A stretch of 64,000 nt of DNA from Basidiobolus meristosporus CBS 931.73. Its lineage: Eukaryota; Fungi; Basidiobolomycota. Of the stretch, positions 62,762 through 64,000 are shown piece after piece. Position 1 is the first letter of the stretch. Every line of letters begins with the position of its first letter. A model generated the notes under the pieces. It saw only the letters and a program-made list of their open reading frames with translations. It was not told the origin of the DNA and searched no databases. The translations under genes were made by a program, and so were the position numbers. The stretch spans positions 1-64,000 of the forward strand of contig MCFE01000002.1 in assembly GCA_002104905.1 (NCBI GenBank). Reading direction: 5' to 3'.

Positions 62762-64000
62762 CTAGGCCTGGGCTGAGGACTCTTTGTCGTTTACTGATTC
62801 GAACTTGCGTAAAATTCTATCAGCCTTCAAGGGCTCCTTTCTTCTGCCATAGCTTGGGAAAACTAAGGAAATGAGGAACCCAGAGACGGCAAGTCCAATA
62901 CCAGAGAATCCTAGAGCCAGCAAGAAAGGGGGGAAATCGTAACCTTCAAAGAAAGTGAAATGCATACCATCCTTAACATTCCCTTTAACAATAGCACCGT
63001 AAACCATTACCGAAAAGAAACCAGTGGCACACCCAATAAGAACCGATGCGGTATTAACCATATGGCGGCCAGGTCCCTCCCAGAGCCCCATAAAGATGGG
63101 AAGAATAAAGCAGGTAGTTACCAGGTTCGAAAGTAGGAAGAGATCTATCACTTGGTATCCCTTGAGAGAGATGATTACGAGCGGTACATTCACCACGACC
63201 ACTAAAATTCTGGATAACCAGACTGGACGATTTTTCAAGAATACTGAAGAAATGCTGTCCACTAATGCGTTTTGCATACTATCCACTGCAGAAGAGTTCA
63301 TAACAACTGCGAGGATGGTAACTATGATGATAATCCATGCTGGGGCTTCTCCACCATGGCCAAGTAGTGTGAACAGGATCACGTTTGGATTGGATGTATC
63401 TAGACCAGCCCAAATCGCAAGGAAGCCACAGAAACCAAGGAAGAAGACCACTAGGATTGTGATGACCATAGCTACAACTGCTCCCTGCTTGAGGGATCGC
63501 GGATCTTCAGACGCCCAAACACGTTGCCACATAGCTTCCGAAAAGCAAGTACCTGCAAACAAAGAGATCGGCATAGTTGCGATTGCTCCCCAACCATAAT
63601 AGTTGGGAGCCAGATTTGGAGGTAACTCGCTTGGCAAAGGTAAACGGAACGTAACAGCTACGTAGACGATCATGATGGCGACAAAGACTAAACTTAAAAC
63701 TGCCTGCCCTTGGTCTGTGACAATAGAAACGTAGAGTCCACCGGTTGCTGTATAAATCATAGTCGTTACTCCAATGATGATGACGATTGGAATTCGCGTA
63801 GTCCCAATCACTGTCTCAAATAGATCGCCAATTGAGGTGTATTCAGCTATCAACGCAATCGCCATATTGAAGATCATCACAAGCGCGACAAAGTATTTCA
63901 ACGTTTCTCCAAAGCGCCAACGAACAAAATCGGAGAGTGACAACACATGAGGATAGCGAGACTGAATCTTGTTACCGAAGAAAGCTACAAGGAATATCGG
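62762..64000 (-). CDS. Sodium:solute symporter family transporter, 5' end beyond the window
   Basis: The frame is open to the window edge (PIFLVAFFGNKIQSRYPHVLSLSDFVRWRFG). Also YTATGGLYVSIVTDQGQA, WQRVWAS and SSAVDS; many TM segments. Confidence 0.92.
   Translation of the reverse strand, partial: PIFLVAFFGNKIQSRYPHVLSLSDFVRWRFGETLKYFVALVMIFNMAIALIAEYTSIGDLFETVIGTTRIPIVIIIGVTTMIYTATGGLYVSIVTDQGQAVLSLVFVAIMIVYVAVTFRLPLPSELPPNLAPNYYGWGAIATMPISLFAGTCFSEAMWQRVWASEDPRSLKQGAVVAMVITILVVFFLGFCGFLAIWAGLDTSNPNVILFTLLGHGGEAPAWIIIIVTILAVVMNSSAVDSMQNALVDSISSVFLKNRPVWLSRILVVVVNVPLVIISLKGYQVIDLFLLSNLVTTCFILPIFMGLWEGPGRHMVNTASVLIGCATGFFSVMVYGAIVKGNVKDGMHFTFFEGYDFPPFLLALGFSGIGLAVSGFLISLVFPSYGRRKEPLKADRILRKFESVNDKESSAQA

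Overview
Left end of a fungal chromosome. Short GT...CTAAC...AG introns and the gene set suggest an early-diverging (Zoopagomycota/Mucoromycota-like) fungus; this is an inference. The window opens with a perfect (CCCTAA)n telomere (1-142). Next is a 2.85-kb head-to-tail array of about eight same-strand units (143-2998). The six longer units end in the same signal: TGGCTTCTTT...AATAA(A/G)GATT-TCACC[loop]GGTGA hairpin, a C-run, then a telomeric seed (CTAACC); the two innermost units keep only remnants of it. Two units are 5'-truncated fragments of a diverged ORF1/RRM-like protein gene, and a third carries a short open ORF tail. Three are copies of a non-coding, hairpin-rich element; the two full-length copies carry a tRNA-like A/B-box head. 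This looks like a telomere-targeted retroelement system (HeT-A/Athena-Coprina-like polarity) with a SINE-like passenger. No reverse transcriptase is present in the window. Ordinary genes start about 220 bp further in: pseudokinase-ankyrin, NOP2/Sun methyltransferase, RPL33, ANKFN1-like, OLA1, XMAP215 C-terminus-like, delta-12 desaturase, fasciclin, DEAD-box helicase, sensor-like membrane protein, MFS, LRR-RhoGEF, coiled-coil protein, RasGEF, ERO1, amino-acid permease and an SSS transporter cut by the window edge. A few decayed transposon relics are tentatively seen. All family assignments come from motif recognition by eye; no database search was run.
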